A DNA stretch of 64,000 nt. Origin: Patescibacteria group bacterium. Lineage in GTDB: Bacteria; Patescibacteriota; Patescibacteriia; UBA1558; GWA2-36-10. Numbering within the stretch: position 1 is the first letter of the stretch; the number at the start of each line of letters is the position of its first letter. The translations under genes were made by a program, and so were the position numbers. The notes below the pieces were generated by a model, which was not told the origin of the DNA, ran no database searches, and saw only the letters and a list, made by a program, of their open reading frames with translations. The stretch spans positions 222,448 through 286,447 of the forward strand of contig JBAYIQ010000001.1 of NCBI GenBank assembly GCA_041665545.1, written 5' to 3'. This document shows, one piece after another, positions 18,795-29,553 of the stretch.

Positions 18795-21605
18795 CTAAGA
18801 CTGCATTTCTTCTTTATTCGGCTCACCGCCACTGACTGGTATCACAAACTGGAAAATACTCCCCTTTTCTTTGCCAGCACTCTCTACCCATATTTGACCA
18901 CCATGCTCTTTGATAATCTTCTGAGCGATGAATAAGCCCAAACCAGAACCACCAGTGTGAATCTGCGCCGCGCCACTAGCGCGCACAAATTTTCTAAATA
19001 AATTTTTGGCTTCCTCGGGGTCTATACCAATACCAGTATCTTGCACTTGGAAATGAAAATTTTCACCTTCAATAAAAGCGCTAACTTCAATCTGCCCTTT
19101 GGGCGTATATTTTATGGAATTATCAATCAAGTTCAAAATCACTTCGCGCAATTTATCAGAATCAGCGGCCACCAATGGCAAGGCCGGCTTTGATTTTTTG
19201 TAAATCAACTTCACGCCTTTTTTGTCTGACTCATTGTGTAGCTCGGCAATGACACTATCAATCATGTCGCTAATCTGCAAGGGCTTTTTTTCTATTTTTA
19301 ATCTTCCGGACTCAATGCGCGACACATTCAAAAATATATTGACCAAGCGAGCCAAGCGAGCGGCGCTTTCAAATAAATCTTTGATTACTTTGCCAACTTT
19401 TGGCGTTACCGGCCCAAAATCTCCATCAGAAATCATAGACAAGTAGCCCTTAAGCGCTGAAATTGGTGTGCGCAACTGGTGAGAAGCAATGGACAAAAAC
19501 TCTGATTTGGCTTGATCCAACTCGCGCAAGCGCATATTAGCAATTTGCAAATCTTGATTGGTTGTTTGTAAATTATTATATAAGCGCAAGTTTCTGGACA
19601 CAATGCCCACTTGGCTGGTCAGAGCCGTCATGGTGTCTAAATCCAGTGAAGTCACTTTTGATTTTTCTACAGCCAACAAAAAATGAATAATACCAATTAT
19701 TTTATCTTCCGAAAAAATTGGAAAGCCAACTATTGCTTTGACCCCCAAGGCCTCCTGCACTTTATCCATGACCAACTTATCAACTGGAGGTGAAAAGAAA
19801 TCCGACATTTTGTCAGAATCATTTCTTGTTCCGGATAATACTGTCTTGACGCCCAAAGAATAGCCCGCCTCTAATTTGGCTTCAAACTTTTTGGGATCCT
19901 GCCCCAAAATTTGCGTCACTAGTTTAGTCTGTTCACTCTCTGTGATTGCCCCAATACGTAAAACATTGGTTCGCTCATCCACAAAGCTCAAAACACCACC
20001 TACATAGCCAAACTCAGAATAAATACTGTTAGCAATCATTTGATTAATCTGCTTGAGGTCCATGGTGCGACCTACTTTATTGGTCACGGCCTGCATGGCT
20101 GTCAAAAACTTATTGCGTTGTTCTAGACCTACATTTGCTATTTTTAAACTTTTTGTCTTAGCATCAACCTTGACTTGCAAGTCACGCTTTTGTAACTGAA
20201 CTTCTTCGTAGAGTTTGGACTTCTCAATTGCTGTGGCAATTTGGGGAGTCAAAATTTTCAAAAAATTAATGTCGTCTTGACTGTAAAGATCGCCAGAGCT
20301 TTTTGCAGAAAAAAATAACATTGAAGTTAAACTCCCATCTTCTCCAGAAACGGGAACTATCATCTCTATTTTTAAATTTTCTGCCTCTTGAATAAAATTA
20401 CCTAAAATTTTATAATAAGGAACTTCTGAGCTTATATTACTATGGTCTCTTATTAATTCCTCAACGATAATAAGTTCCTTTTTATTTATGATAAATTGAA
20501 TAAAATTTATATTAAACTTTGGAGGGGCACTATCTAGTTGAGAGCTGGCTATTAATATCCATTCCCCATTTTTTAATATTAATGACGAAATTAATCTAAT
20601 TTTTAACTGATCAGACAACAAATTGACTAAAGCCAATGAAAATTTAGCCAAATCAATCTCTTTGGCAACTACCGAACTAGCTTTCTGAAGTAACTTCTGA
20701 TAATCTACCCTGTTCTTATAAAATATACGGTCGGTCAAACGAGCAAAAATACTCTTCAAGGGGTCAAGAGTCAAGACGATAACTAAAGAAGTTACAACAA
20801 AAATTATTGCATTGCCGGACTGGTTTTCTCTGCTCAAGTATGTTCCTGATAAAAAAACCACCATTGCAAAAAATGATGCAAACAAAGCTACCAAAATTCC
20901 GTATAAAACACTTCTAATCAAAACTAAACGAATGTCCATTAATCTGTACTTAACAATCGCATATGTGGTAAATCCTACCATGAAGATAGTTAAAACTTGC
21001 CCAGACCAATTAATTGTGAAAATGCCAAACCAAGGTAACAATAAATTAGATATAAAAGCTAAATTGCTGGATAGTAAATAACCAGAAAAAACATATTTTA
21101 CCTGCAATTTTTTTAACCCCTCAAGTTTTTTAATCTTACTATTAAGATTATAAAAAGCTTGAAAAAAGTGGTAGAAAAAATAAACTACATACAAAATATA
21201 CAACTTACCAAAATATATAATGTTTTCACCGTCAACAACTGTTTTAGCACTAAATATAATTCTATCCGTAAAAAGAATCATACCGTTTATAAGTATAAAA
21301 AAAACGGATACAAATATTATGTATTTCGGGTTAAGTTTCCCGCCCTCTGGAAAAACGATTGAAAAAAACAAAAAAGCTGGTGATGTAAACGTCGCAAACA
21401 CATACAATAGTTTGCATAAAAAAACTATATTAGCTTGATCAGAAAGTCTATACAATATCATCCCTGTACCCCAAAATATAATAGCTACAATAACAAATAA
21501 ATAACTTCTATTTACGGATGCATGTTTATTATTTTTATATATAAAATAACCTAATAATATATTAAGGATAAGTACAACTAAAATGATTATATTAATGTAA
21601 TCCAT
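18795..21605 (-). CDS. Sensor histidine kinase with N-terminal multi-TM (HisKA_7TM-like) domain, GAF-like region, HisKA and HATPase_c
   Basis: 936 aa. N-terminus is multi-pass. H-box EFLSIASHQLRTPISALKGY. C-terminal ATPase G-boxes (GIGIDPEE, GGSGLGLFIAQKI). Confidence 0.8.
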   Translation of the reverse strand: MDYINIIILVVLILNILLGYFIYKNNKHASVNRSYLFVIVAIIFWGTGMILYRLSDQANIVFLCKLLYVFATFTSPAFLFFSIVFPEGGKLNPKYIIFVSVFFILINGMILFTDRIIFSAKTVVDGENIIYFGKLYILYVVYFFYHFFQAFYNLNSKIKKLEGLKKLQVKYVFSGYLLSSNLAFISNLLLPWFGIFTINWSGQVLTIFMVGFTTYAIVKYRLMDIRLVLIRSVLYGILVALFASFFAMVVFLSGTYLSRENQSGNAIIFVVTSLVIVLTLDPLKSIFARLTDRIFYKNRVDYQKLLQKASSVVAKEIDLAKFSLALVNLLSDQLKIRLISSLILKNGEWILIASSQLDSAPPKFNINFIQFIINKKELIIVEELIRDHSNISSEVPYYKILGNFIQEAENLKIEMIVPVSGEDGSLTSMLFFSAKSSGDLYSQDDINFLKILTPQIATAIEKSKLYEEVQLQKRDLQVKVDAKTKSLKIANVGLEQRNKFLTAMQAVTNKVGRTMDLKQINQMIANSIYSEFGYVGGVLSFVDERTNVLRIGAITESEQTKLVTQILGQDPKKFEAKLEAGYSLGVKTVLSGTRNDSDKMSDFFSPPVDKLVMDKVQEALGVKAIVGFPIFSEDKIIGIIHFLLAVEKSKVTSLDLDTMTALTSQVGIVSRNLRLYNNLQTTNQDLQIANMRLRELDQAKSEFLSIASHQLRTPISALKGYLSMISDGDFGPVTPKVGKVIKDLFESAARLARLVNIFLNVSRIESGRLKIEKKPLQISDMIDSVIAELHNESDKKGVKLIYKKSKPALPLVAADSDKLREVILNLIDNSIKYTPKGQIEVSAFIEGENFHFQVQDTGIGIDPEEAKNLFRKFVRASGAAQIHTGGSGLGLFIAQKIIKEHGGQIWVESAGKEKGSIFQFVIPVSGGEPNKEEMQS

Positions 21606-21609
21606 TTGA

Positions 21610-22713
21610 CTAAGATAAAATATATTTTAAATAATCATCACTAATTGGTCTACCGAAAGATCTAAATCGTGCCGGTTCTATGCCAATGACATTCGCCATT
21701 TTTTTTATCCTAATAATTTGTTCCTTATTTGTATCGCCTATTGTGGTGCAATTACTATCTAATGCGGCAAGCGTTATTAATTCTCCCATACAGCTAAATA
21801 TATCCCCATCATCTGTTAACCCTAAATCAAAATTATATTTAATATTTTTATAATTACAAACACCACCCTCTATAACCAATGTCCGATGATTTTTAGAATT
21901 AATTTTTTTTGATGCATTTAGTGGTTGTGCATCATCTATAATAATTGTCCCCTCCTTCAACATGTTGCTAGATTGTATTATAGAGTAAGGTGCGTTTGTG
22001 GCTGTAATAATTATATCGGCTTTTTTTATAATATCTAATGAGCTACTATAACTTAAAATTTTTTCCGACGATAAATTAAATTTACTTTTTAATTTTTCCA
22101 TATCTTTGTCAACCAAAATAAACTTTTTAAAATGGTCAGTTAAGACTGCATAACATGAGGAGCCAATTGAACCCGCGGCCCCAACAATACCAATTGTTAA
22201 TTCTTTGCTAGTCAAATTTTTCATTCTTATTGCATTATTTGAAACCACCCATGCCGTGTAAGAATGTCCCGTTGTTAATCTACAATTAATTTTATCTTTA
22301 ATATCTAAACCATTTCTAGTAAATGACGCACTCAGTGCTCCTAAACCAATGATCTTGGCTCCTAATTTTTCAGCAAACTTTGCTGCTTTAAGAATTTTTT
22401 TTGTGGCCAACTCTCTATTTTTAGTCATGTCCGAAGCATCCATTGGTGACCCAATAAACAAGCCCCTCTTTTCAATATTACTATATTTAAGGCCGTATAT
22501 GTAACTCAGTCTTATTGGAAATAAATATTTACCTATAAAACTTAATATTTTGTATGGAACTCGATTATTAAGCAAGGAAAATTTCCTATTGAGATCGTGA
22601 TAATCCCTAGAATGCACAATGAAAACATAGTCTGCAGAAATATTTAACTTTTTAACCAATTTAATTGAGATATTCTTTGGCAAAAAATTTATAAAAAAAT
22701 CAATCAACAACAT
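21610..22713 (-). CDS. Putative NAD(P)-binding oxidoreductase; family not resolved
   Basis: 367 aa with Rossmann-type glycine motif IGIVGAAGSIGSS in the central region. Confidence 0.35.
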   Translation of the reverse strand: MLLIDFFINFLPKNISIKLVKKLNISADYVFIVHSRDYHDLNRKFSLLNNRVPYKILSFIGKYLFPIRLSYIYGLKYSNIEKRGLFIGSPMDASDMTKNRELATKKILKAAKFAEKLGAKIIGLGALSASFTRNGLDIKDKINCRLTTGHSYTAWVVSNNAIRMKNLTSKELTIGIVGAAGSIGSSCYAVLTDHFKKFILVDKDMEKLKSKFNLSSEKILSYSSSLDIIKKADIIITATNAPYSIIQSSNMLKEGTIIIDDAQPLNASKKINSKNHRTLVIEGGVCNYKNIKYNFDLGLTDDGDIFSCMGELITLAALDSNCTTIGDTNKEQIIRIKKMANVIGIEPARFRSFGRPISDDYLKYILS

Positions 22714-22740
22714 AATCTTATATTTAATAAAATGTATTCG

Positions 22741-23613
22741 TTAATAATATTTAGTAACCTTTGCAATATGTGGCATTTCGGATTTAAATTTATTCTTTTT
22801 GTGCATTTCTAATACAGCGTCAACGATAAATAAGTTTTTATTTTCATTATTTCTTAAAAAGCCAAAACTAGTAATATCTTGTATTTGCTTAGCACTATAG
22901 CCCTGATCTTTCGCCTCAATTATTATTTCTGCTTCTAAATAACTAAAACCCAATTCATCTTCGTCTGTTTGATTTTTCCAGAGACCAGCGGTTGGTGCCT
23001 TACTTATAATATTATCTGGCACATTCATAAATGAAGCAATTTCTCTAACGTGCCGCTTTGACAAATCGCCAATCGGACTTATGTCAACCTGTCCATCTCC
23101 CCTTTTAGTAAAATAGCCCAAAGCATAATCCTCGTCCTTATTACCTGTTCCCAATATTAAACTATCTAGAGCGGCAGCATATCTAGACAAAATAATTGCC
23201 CTAATTTCGCTTGCAACATTACCTTTATCATAATTATTCCTAACAATACCCTTCAATAAACCACAAAAAGATTCAATTATTGATGATATATCAATGACTT
23301 TATAATCAATGGCTAATGTTTTAGCAATATTAATGCCAATTTTAGTATCATTAATATTGTTAGTACTAGAAGGCATTATTAATCCACACAAAGACAATTC
23401 TTTTTTACCATTTTTATATTTATAATCATCAAATGCTGCTTTTGCTAAATAAGCCACTGTCGTAGAGTCAACTCCACCACTCAAACCAATAACCCCGCCC
23501 TTTTTATTAGCATTTTTTATTTCATCTACTATAAAATTCTGTATCTCCTGAGCAACAATTGCCGTTTTAATTTTGGGCAATTTAATTTTTTTTTCTATCT
23601 TTTCTAAATTCAT
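22741..23613 (-). CDS. nadE: NH3-dependent NAD+ synthetase
   Basis: 290 aa with PP-loop GLSGGVDSTT. Size fits single-domain NadE. Confidence 0.7.
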   Translation of the reverse strand: MNLEKIEKKIKLPKIKTAIVAQEIQNFIVDEIKNANKKGGVIGLSGGVDSTTVAYLAKAAFDDYKYKNGKKELSLCGLIMPSSTNNINDTKIGINIAKTLAIDYKVIDISSIIESFCGLLKGIVRNNYDKGNVASEIRAIILSRYAAALDSLILGTGNKDEDYALGYFTKRGDGQVDISPIGDLSKRHVREIASFMNVPDNIISKAPTAGLWKNQTDEDELGFSYLEAEIIIEAKDQGYSAKQIQDITSFGFLRNNENKNLFIVDAVLEMHKKNKFKSEMPHIAKVTKYY

Positions 23614-23640
23614 ACTATATACAAAAAATAACCAATTTAT

Positions 23641-25362
23641 TTATACAATATACTTATTTAAAATATTCTTTCTTCTCAACTTCAACGTAATAGTCAACAT
23701 TCCATTCTCCACACTAAATTCCTCAGCAATTAACTTAAAACTACTAATTTTTTCATTTTTTGACAGATCTTTTAACGATTCGTCAATGATCTGTGTATAA
23801 AGATTTTTCACAGCGCTCAGCTCCAATACTTCTGGTAATTTAAACTCTATATTTGCCTGTTCACACCACTTTTTTAATTCAGCCATATCTGGAACAATAA
23901 AAGCTGACAAAGCTTTTTGCTTGTCGCCATAAACCATGCTTTGGCTAATATATTTGCTGGCGTTTAAGTCATACTCTATTGGCTCAGGAAAAATATTTTT
24001 GCCAGTTGACAACACTATCACATCTTTGGCTCGACCAATGATGGTCAAAAATCCATCATTATCAAAAAAACCCAAATCTCCAGTGCGTAGCCAAGCATCG
24101 GCGTCAAAAGCTTCCTGGCTCAATATTTCATTGTCATAATAACCAGACATCACATTATCGCCTTTGAGCAATATTTCTTTTTCCGATGACAACTTAATTT
24201 GATTGCAAACCAAAGGCAAACCCACTGTGCCAAATTTATAATTATCCGGATGATTGACCGCCACTATTGGCGAGGCCTCGGTCAAGCCATAGCCCTCAAT
24301 CAGCTTCAAGCCCAAGCTATCAAAAAATTTGGCAATAGCTGGATTGAGCGAAGCTCCACCGGAGATAGCCAAGCGTAATTTACCACCCAAAATACTCCTT
24401 ATTTTCTTAAGTACCAAATAGTCTAAAATCTGATACTGCCATTTTTCTATAAAATTAAGCTGTCTTTTTTTCTTGGCATCAACCAAATTTAAGGTGCGAT
24501 AAAATAATTTTTTTTTAAAATTACTACCGCTCTTGATTTGATCAAAAACTTTGGCGTATATTTTTTCAAATATTCTAGGTACACAAGGCAAAACAGTGGG
24601 CTGAACCAACTTAATATCATCAATCATGGTCTTGGCGCTCACTGCGTAATAAATACTACAACCCGTAAAAAGCGGGCTATAATAGCCAGCCATTCTTTCA
24701 AAAGCATGTGACAAGGGCAAAAAGGAAAAAAATTTATCACTTTCGTAGATTGGTACATTGCGTCGGGCTGATTGAGCATCGCTGACTAAATTCTTCTGCG
24801 AAAGCATCACACCTTTGGGGTCACCCGTAGTCCCAGAGGTATAGATAATAGTATGCAAATCATCTTCCTGAGAAATAGCTTCAATATCAACTAATTTACT
24901 CTTATCAAAAACTGGCCAAGGCAATACTCTTTTATCCTCAATGTCTTGTGTCAGACCAACTACATATATTTCTTTGAGTGGTAAAGATAAGATGTTATTT
25001 TTATATTTGGCAAACAATTCTTGATTAATCAATAAATATTTAGCACCAGAATGATTAACTATGGTTTCCAAATATTTTTCTGGATAAGTATAGTGCACGG
25101 GCACTAAAACTAAACCCAAAGTAGCCACGGCCAGATCGGCCATGACCCACTCCGCACTATTGGGCAACATGACGGCTATTTTTTCACCCCTCACATAGCC
25201 CTTTTTTTGCCAATATTCGGCCAACTGACTGCGCAAATTGTTGAGCTCTTGATAACTAATTGTTTGATACTGACCTTGAACCAAAAAACCCAAAGCCGGA
25301 CGCAGACCAAAATCGCGAACTACTTCCAGAAAATTAGCAATGATTGTGCTGGACATAGGCAA
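23641..25362 (-). CDS. Long-chain fatty acid--CoA ligase (AMP-binding family)
   Basis: 573 aa with AMP-binding motif YTSGTTGDPKGV and C-terminal ligase core. Confidence 0.8.
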   Translation of the reverse strand: MPMSSTIIANFLEVVRDFGLRPALGFLVQGQYQTISYQELNNLRSQLAEYWQKKGYVRGEKIAVMLPNSAEWVMADLAVATLGLVLVPVHYTYPEKYLETIVNHSGAKYLLINQELFAKYKNNILSLPLKEIYVVGLTQDIEDKRVLPWPVFDKSKLVDIEAISQEDDLHTIIYTSGTTGDPKGVMLSQKNLVSDAQSARRNVPIYESDKFFSFLPLSHAFERMAGYYSPLFTGCSIYYAVSAKTMIDDIKLVQPTVLPCVPRIFEKIYAKVFDQIKSGSNFKKKLFYRTLNLVDAKKKRQLNFIEKWQYQILDYLVLKKIRSILGGKLRLAISGGASLNPAIAKFFDSLGLKLIEGYGLTEASPIVAVNHPDNYKFGTVGLPLVCNQIKLSSEKEILLKGDNVMSGYYDNEILSQEAFDADAWLRTGDLGFFDNDGFLTIIGRAKDVIVLSTGKNIFPEPIEYDLNASKYISQSMVYGDKQKALSAFIVPDMAELKKWCEQANIEFKLPEVLELSAVKNLYTQIIDESLKDLSKNEKISSFKLIAEEFSVENGMLTITLKLRRKNILNKYIV

Positions 25363-25466
25363 TTAAACAACTATATTTTAACACAAATAGCCCACTATAT
25401 ACAATAGTTAGAAAAAACAAAAAACCCCACATTACGGGGTTCTTTACTAATTGATTAAATAATCTA

Positions 25467-27137
25467 TCACTTACCCAAAGCTTGTACCTCTTGTTCTACC
25501 ACTTCATCATCTATTCTGGCAAACAATGGCTCAACTTTAGCAATCTTAATAGTTGGCAACAAAGCATACTGCCAGCCGGCTGTTTGGTTTCTCTCTTGAC
25601 CAAGCATTGTCAATATTTTATCAGTCGAATTTGGTATAAATGGATTAAGTAGGGTCGCTAGGTTATAAATTACTTGGCTAGCCACAAACAATGAGCGCTC
25701 TGCTGAAGCCCGATCAGTAGTTATCTGCTTCCAAGGTGAGGTCTCTTCTAAGTATCGATTGGCGCTTTCGGCTAGATTCAAAATAATTTTTATACTGTCT
25801 CTAAATTTTGCCTTAGCAATATTCTCTCCCACACTGCCAAAGGCCTGCTCAGTCAACTTCAATAAATCTTTGGCCGGCTTATCAAGCTTGATGTCTGATT
25901 CGTGTAAACCATCCGGACAATGCTTGTTGATAAAAGAAAAAACTCTATTAACCAAATTACCAAACTTGCCAATCAGTTCAGAGTTGACTTTGACCTGGTA
26001 CTCGGCCCAAGAAAAATCCGCGTCCGATGTCTCTGGACCGCTGATCACCAAATAATATCGAATGGTATCGGCCTCAAATTTGGACAAAAAGTCTGGCAAC
26101 CACACTGCCCAATGACGGCTCTTGGAAAATTGCTTGTTTTCTATGGTCAAAAATTCTGACGATATAATATAATCAGGTAAGTGCAAATCTCCATGGCCCA
26201 AAAGCATGGCTGGCCAAATCACGGCATGAAAAGGAATATTATCTTTACCATGGAAATAATAATGCTGAGCCGAATCATTCTGCCAAAAATCTTGCCATAA
26301 TTTAGCATCACCCCTGTTTTGGGCCCATTCACAACTGGCTGATAAATAGCCAATCACGGCCTCAAACCAAACATAAATCTTCTTGCCCTCGTAACCGGGC
26401 AAGGGTATGTCTATGCCCCAATTAGTATCGCGAGTAATTGCTCGATCATGCAAGCCCTCTTGCAAAAAATTTAAAGTAAAATTTTTGGCATTGGCTCGCC
26501 AACCCTGACTCTTGGCTACCCACTTTTCCAGTTGTTTTTGGAAAGCTGATAATTTTAAGAAAAAATGTTCAGATGGTTTCCAGACTGGTGTAGAACCGCA
26601 GGTTTTACAGCGTGGCTTAATCAACTGATTGGCATCAAGTAATGACCCGCAATTATCACACTGATCACCACGAGCGCCTTCAAAATGACACTTGGGACAC
26701 TCGCCCTCAACATAACGATCTGGTAAAAATCTTTGACATTTTTCACAAAAAGCCAGATCTTCAAATTTGGAATAAATATAACCTTTTTTTTGCAGATCCA
26801 AAAAAAATTCTTGCACTACTTGCTCGTGATTTTTGGTAGTGGTCTTGGTGTAGCAGTCAAAAGAAAAATTTAATTTGTTAAGAAAAATATCTTTGAATTC
26901 GGCGTGATATTTTTCAGCAATTGTCTCTGGCGCCACGTTTTGCTTATCAGCTTCCACGGCAATCGGCGTGCCATGGCAATCACTGCCCGAGACCATCAAG
27001 ACATCATGCCCAGCTAGACGGTGATAGCGCGCCACGATATCCCCGCCCAACAGTCCAGCTAGATGCCCCAAATGCAAAGAACCATTGGCATAGGGCCAAG
27101 CCAAACCAATAAAAATTTTATTTTTTTTCTTATTCAT
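25467..27137 (-). CDS. metG: Methionyl-tRNA synthetase
   Basis: 556 aa. HIGH-type motif PYANGSLHLGH, Zn-knuckle cysteines CPKCH...CDNCG and KMSKS-type KFSKS. Confidence 0.9.
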   Translation of the reverse strand: MNKKKNKIFIGLAWPYANGSLHLGHLAGLLGGDIVARYHRLAGHDVLMVSGSDCHGTPIAVEADKQNVAPETIAEKYHAEFKDIFLNKLNFSFDCYTKTTTKNHEQVVQEFFLDLQKKGYIYSKFEDLAFCEKCQRFLPDRYVEGECPKCHFEGARGDQCDNCGSLLDANQLIKPRCKTCGSTPVWKPSEHFFLKLSAFQKQLEKWVAKSQGWRANAKNFTLNFLQEGLHDRAITRDTNWGIDIPLPGYEGKKIYVWFEAVIGYLSASCEWAQNRGDAKLWQDFWQNDSAQHYYFHGKDNIPFHAVIWPAMLLGHGDLHLPDYIISSEFLTIENKQFSKSRHWAVWLPDFLSKFEADTIRYYLVISGPETSDADFSWAEYQVKVNSELIGKFGNLVNRVFSFINKHCPDGLHESDIKLDKPAKDLLKLTEQAFGSVGENIAKAKFRDSIKIILNLAESANRYLEETSPWKQITTDRASAERSLFVASQVIYNLATLLNPFIPNSTDKILTMLGQERNQTAGWQYALLPTIKIAKVEPLFARIDDEVVEQEVQALGK

Positions 27138-27175
27138 CTTACTTTTGATAAGTAGAAATTTTAACAGATATTATT

Positions 27176-27991
27176 TTAAGCGTCAAAACTATCGCTATTT
27201 TCCTTAATAAAACGAGTAATTTTTTCAAAAACTAAATCATTTCTAGTTTTGTGAATCAAGTGATGATTTTCCTTATCCAAGATATAAAGCTCTTTATTTT
27301 TATGTTTGATCTGTTCAAAAAACCATTGGGAACTATACACTTGAGAAACCCGATCATTTCGGGAGTGGATGATTAGGGCCGGAATACGCACCTGATGACC
27401 TTCTTTTTTGGTAAAATTATCAATAAATTTGTAGAAATTTTTTATACTGGCTATTGGCAAATACAAATGTCTACCTAATTCTTTGATCTGACGCACATCC
27501 TGCACATCTATCCATCTTTTTTTGTATTTGTTAGTAACTAGAGCGGCTAGGGGCAGAAAAAAACGAATTACTTTTTCTTTCCACAAAAAAACTGGCAAGC
27601 TGATGGTCACCACTCCTCTGAGCTGAGGGTAGTGCGCGGCCAGATGCACAGCAACATTACTGCCAAATGATTCGCCAATCACAAAAATATTTTTGTAACG
27701 GGATAAATTTTTGTGCAATACTTTTTCGGCTGACTGGTACCAATCCAAGGCCGTGCTTTTTTGCAGAGCTTTGAAATCCCGACCATGTCCAGCCAACAAA
27801 ACTGTTTCCGTATCTATACAATGACCGGATAAATATTCGGCTAAATCATGAAAAATATAGGGCGAGCTAGAAAAGCCATGAATCAAAATAGCCAAAGTGT
27901 TATTGGACTCAGCGTGGATGACAAAGGGTTGGGCTTTGGGTGAAACATCCGGTAAAAAAGTAAAGTGTTTACTGACAACAGATTTTTCCAT
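27176..27991 (-). CDS. Alpha/beta hydrolase (esterase/lipase family)
   Basis: 271 aa with GxSxG nucleophile elbow GESFG. Confidence 0.65.
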   Translation of the reverse strand: MEKSVVSKHFTFLPDVSPKAQPFVIHAESNNTLAILIHGFSSSPYIFHDLAEYLSGHCIDTETVLLAGHGRDFKALQKSTALDWYQSAEKVLHKNLSRYKNIFVIGESFGSNVAVHLAAHYPQLRGVVTISLPVFLWKEKVIRFFLPLAALVTNKYKKRWIDVQDVRQIKELGRHLYLPIASIKNFYKFIDNFTKKEGHQVRIPALIIHSRNDRVSQVYSSQWFFEQIKHKNKELYILDKENHHLIHKTRNDLVFEKITRFIKENSDSFDA

Positions 27992-27993
27992 AA

Positions 27994-28575
27994 TTATTTT
28001 TTGATTTTAAACTTAGTCGACAAATAGTTTTGCCACTCTTTATCATTATCCATCAAGCCCTGTATTTGTTGTCTCAATAAAGTGGCTTTGTCTATTTTGG
28101 TAGATGCGCTTTTCCAATCCAAATATTCATTGATCTTGCGTGACAAACGTAAAGTATATTTGATGTTGTATAGTTCGGCCAAATTTTCCTGCCCCAAAGA
28201 TTCTAGAAAGTTGGCTACTTTTTCCAAAGCATTCTGGTTCTGATAACGCTCCAGGCGCATTTTCTTGGCTACTGTTTTGTCCACCAATAAATGCTCCAAG
28301 GCCTGATCAATTTTGGCACCAGCTGGCAACAAACACAAAATATCTTTATTCTTGGACACGGCCCAAGCCAGCCAATAGCCACCCTGAGCATCTAGTCGCT
28401 GGCCATAAATCACCAAGGCATCTACTTTGTCCATTGGCAAGCTGGTGGCATCAGAGCTGGCTTTTTTGGTGGAGGTTTCACTGATGACAGTGGCTCCGAC
28501 GCGACGCAAATACTGCAAAATTTGCTGACTATTTTGATCCGTATCGCTGGTGTTGCTGTAAAAATAAATATGCAT
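27994..28575 (-). CDS. Hypothetical protein
   Basis: 193 aa ORF tightly packed between neighbours. No recognisable motif. Confidence 0.4.
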   Translation of the reverse strand: MHIYFYSNTSDTDQNSQQILQYLRRVGATVISETSTKKASSDATSLPMDKVDALVIYGQRLDAQGGYWLAWAVSKNKDILCLLPAGAKIDQALEHLLVDKTVAKKMRLERYQNQNALEKVANFLESLGQENLAELYNIKYTLRLSRKINEYLDWKSASTKIDKATLLRQQIQGLMDNDKEWQNYLSTKFKIKK

Positions 28576-28587
28576 AAATTTTCTATC

Positions 28588-29553
28588 TTATATTAGTTCG
28601 CCAATAAAATTCTGTTGGCCGATTTGCTCAAAAGAAGCAATCTTATCCTTGTTGGCCATGGCCCACATGGCCTTGGCCATGGCTGATTCAAAAGTGCAAG
28701 CTGTCATGATTATTGCTTCATCAGGACCGTGTACCTGAATAGGGTGATAAAGAAATACTGGAATTTTAGAATCTTTGATTTGTTTTATTTTGGCTGGCTC
28801 TAGTTTGTTTTGGTGATTGAGCTTGATAAACAAAGCATCATAATTATTCTGTTCAAAATTTGTTAGCCAAGTAAGGCCCGGTAAATCGTCAAAAACAAAA
28901 ATATTGGCTTTGATTTTATTGTAAATCTTTGGTTTTCCAGTGTGATAGCCAAGGCCAGATTTGACGCTAATACCAAAATCTACTCGACCCCAATAGTTAT
29001 CATCAATGCTAGCAAATAAATTTAAGCCCGTATCCTTGTCACAAGTGGCACGCACTCCCGGAATAAGCCGAGTGCCAAACATAATAGCTGGCGTAGGCAA
29101 ACTGTAATCCAACACTTGAAAAGCATTTATTAAATTGGAGCGCAAACCCAAATCGTTTTTTTGACCAACAATATTTTTGCTTAGCTCAGCTGTGCCACTA
29201 CGAATGGCTGAGGTCAAAACCACTGTCTTTTTTATATTCTGCAGTAAAAAACTTAAGGCGTTGGCCGTCATTAATAGCTGGTCTGAGCGCGAAACAACCA
29301 CAAAACCACTGCTAGAGTCCAAGCGTTCAGCAATCTGCTTGGCCATTTCTTGCCAATGTTCCGGTGTCAAAATACTGTCTTCTGGGGCAATAAAAATCGG
29401 CTCCACTTCGGCTAATAACCTAAGCTCGGGCATTTGCTTGAGCCAGATTTCAATATCATCAGGACTCTGGATAGTAAGCAACCTTTTGTTCTGATCAAGT
29501 AAAGCTGTGCCACCAGCCAACAACAAAGTAATTTTTTTTCTTACTTTAGTCAT
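28588..29553 (-). CDS. L-asparaginase/GatD-like family protein; probable start at the internal Met (MTKVRKK)
   Basis: Motif LLLAGGTAL resembles the asparaginase TGGT signature. The first 13 residues of the track ORF overlap the upstream gene. Confidence 0.45.
   Translation of the reverse strand: MTKVRKKITLLLAGGTALLDQNKRLLTIQSPDDIEIWLKQMPELRLLAEVEPIFIAPEDSILTPEHWQEMAKQIAERLDSSSGFVVVSRSDQLLMTANALSFLLQNIKKTVVLTSAIRSGTAELSKNIVGQKNDLGLRSNLINAFQVLDYSLPTPAIMFGTRLIPGVRATCDKDTGLNLFASIDDNYWGRVDFGISVKSGLGYHTGKPKIYNKIKANIFVFDDLPGLTWLTNFEQNNYDALFIKLNHQNKLEPAKIKQIKDSKIPVFLYHPIQVHGPDEAIIMTACTFESAMAKAMWAMANKDKIASFEQIGQQNFIGELI

Noticed and set aside
27138-27175. Regulatory leader upstream of metG
   Set aside because: Spacer is only 38 nt. 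No structure or conserved motif discernible.
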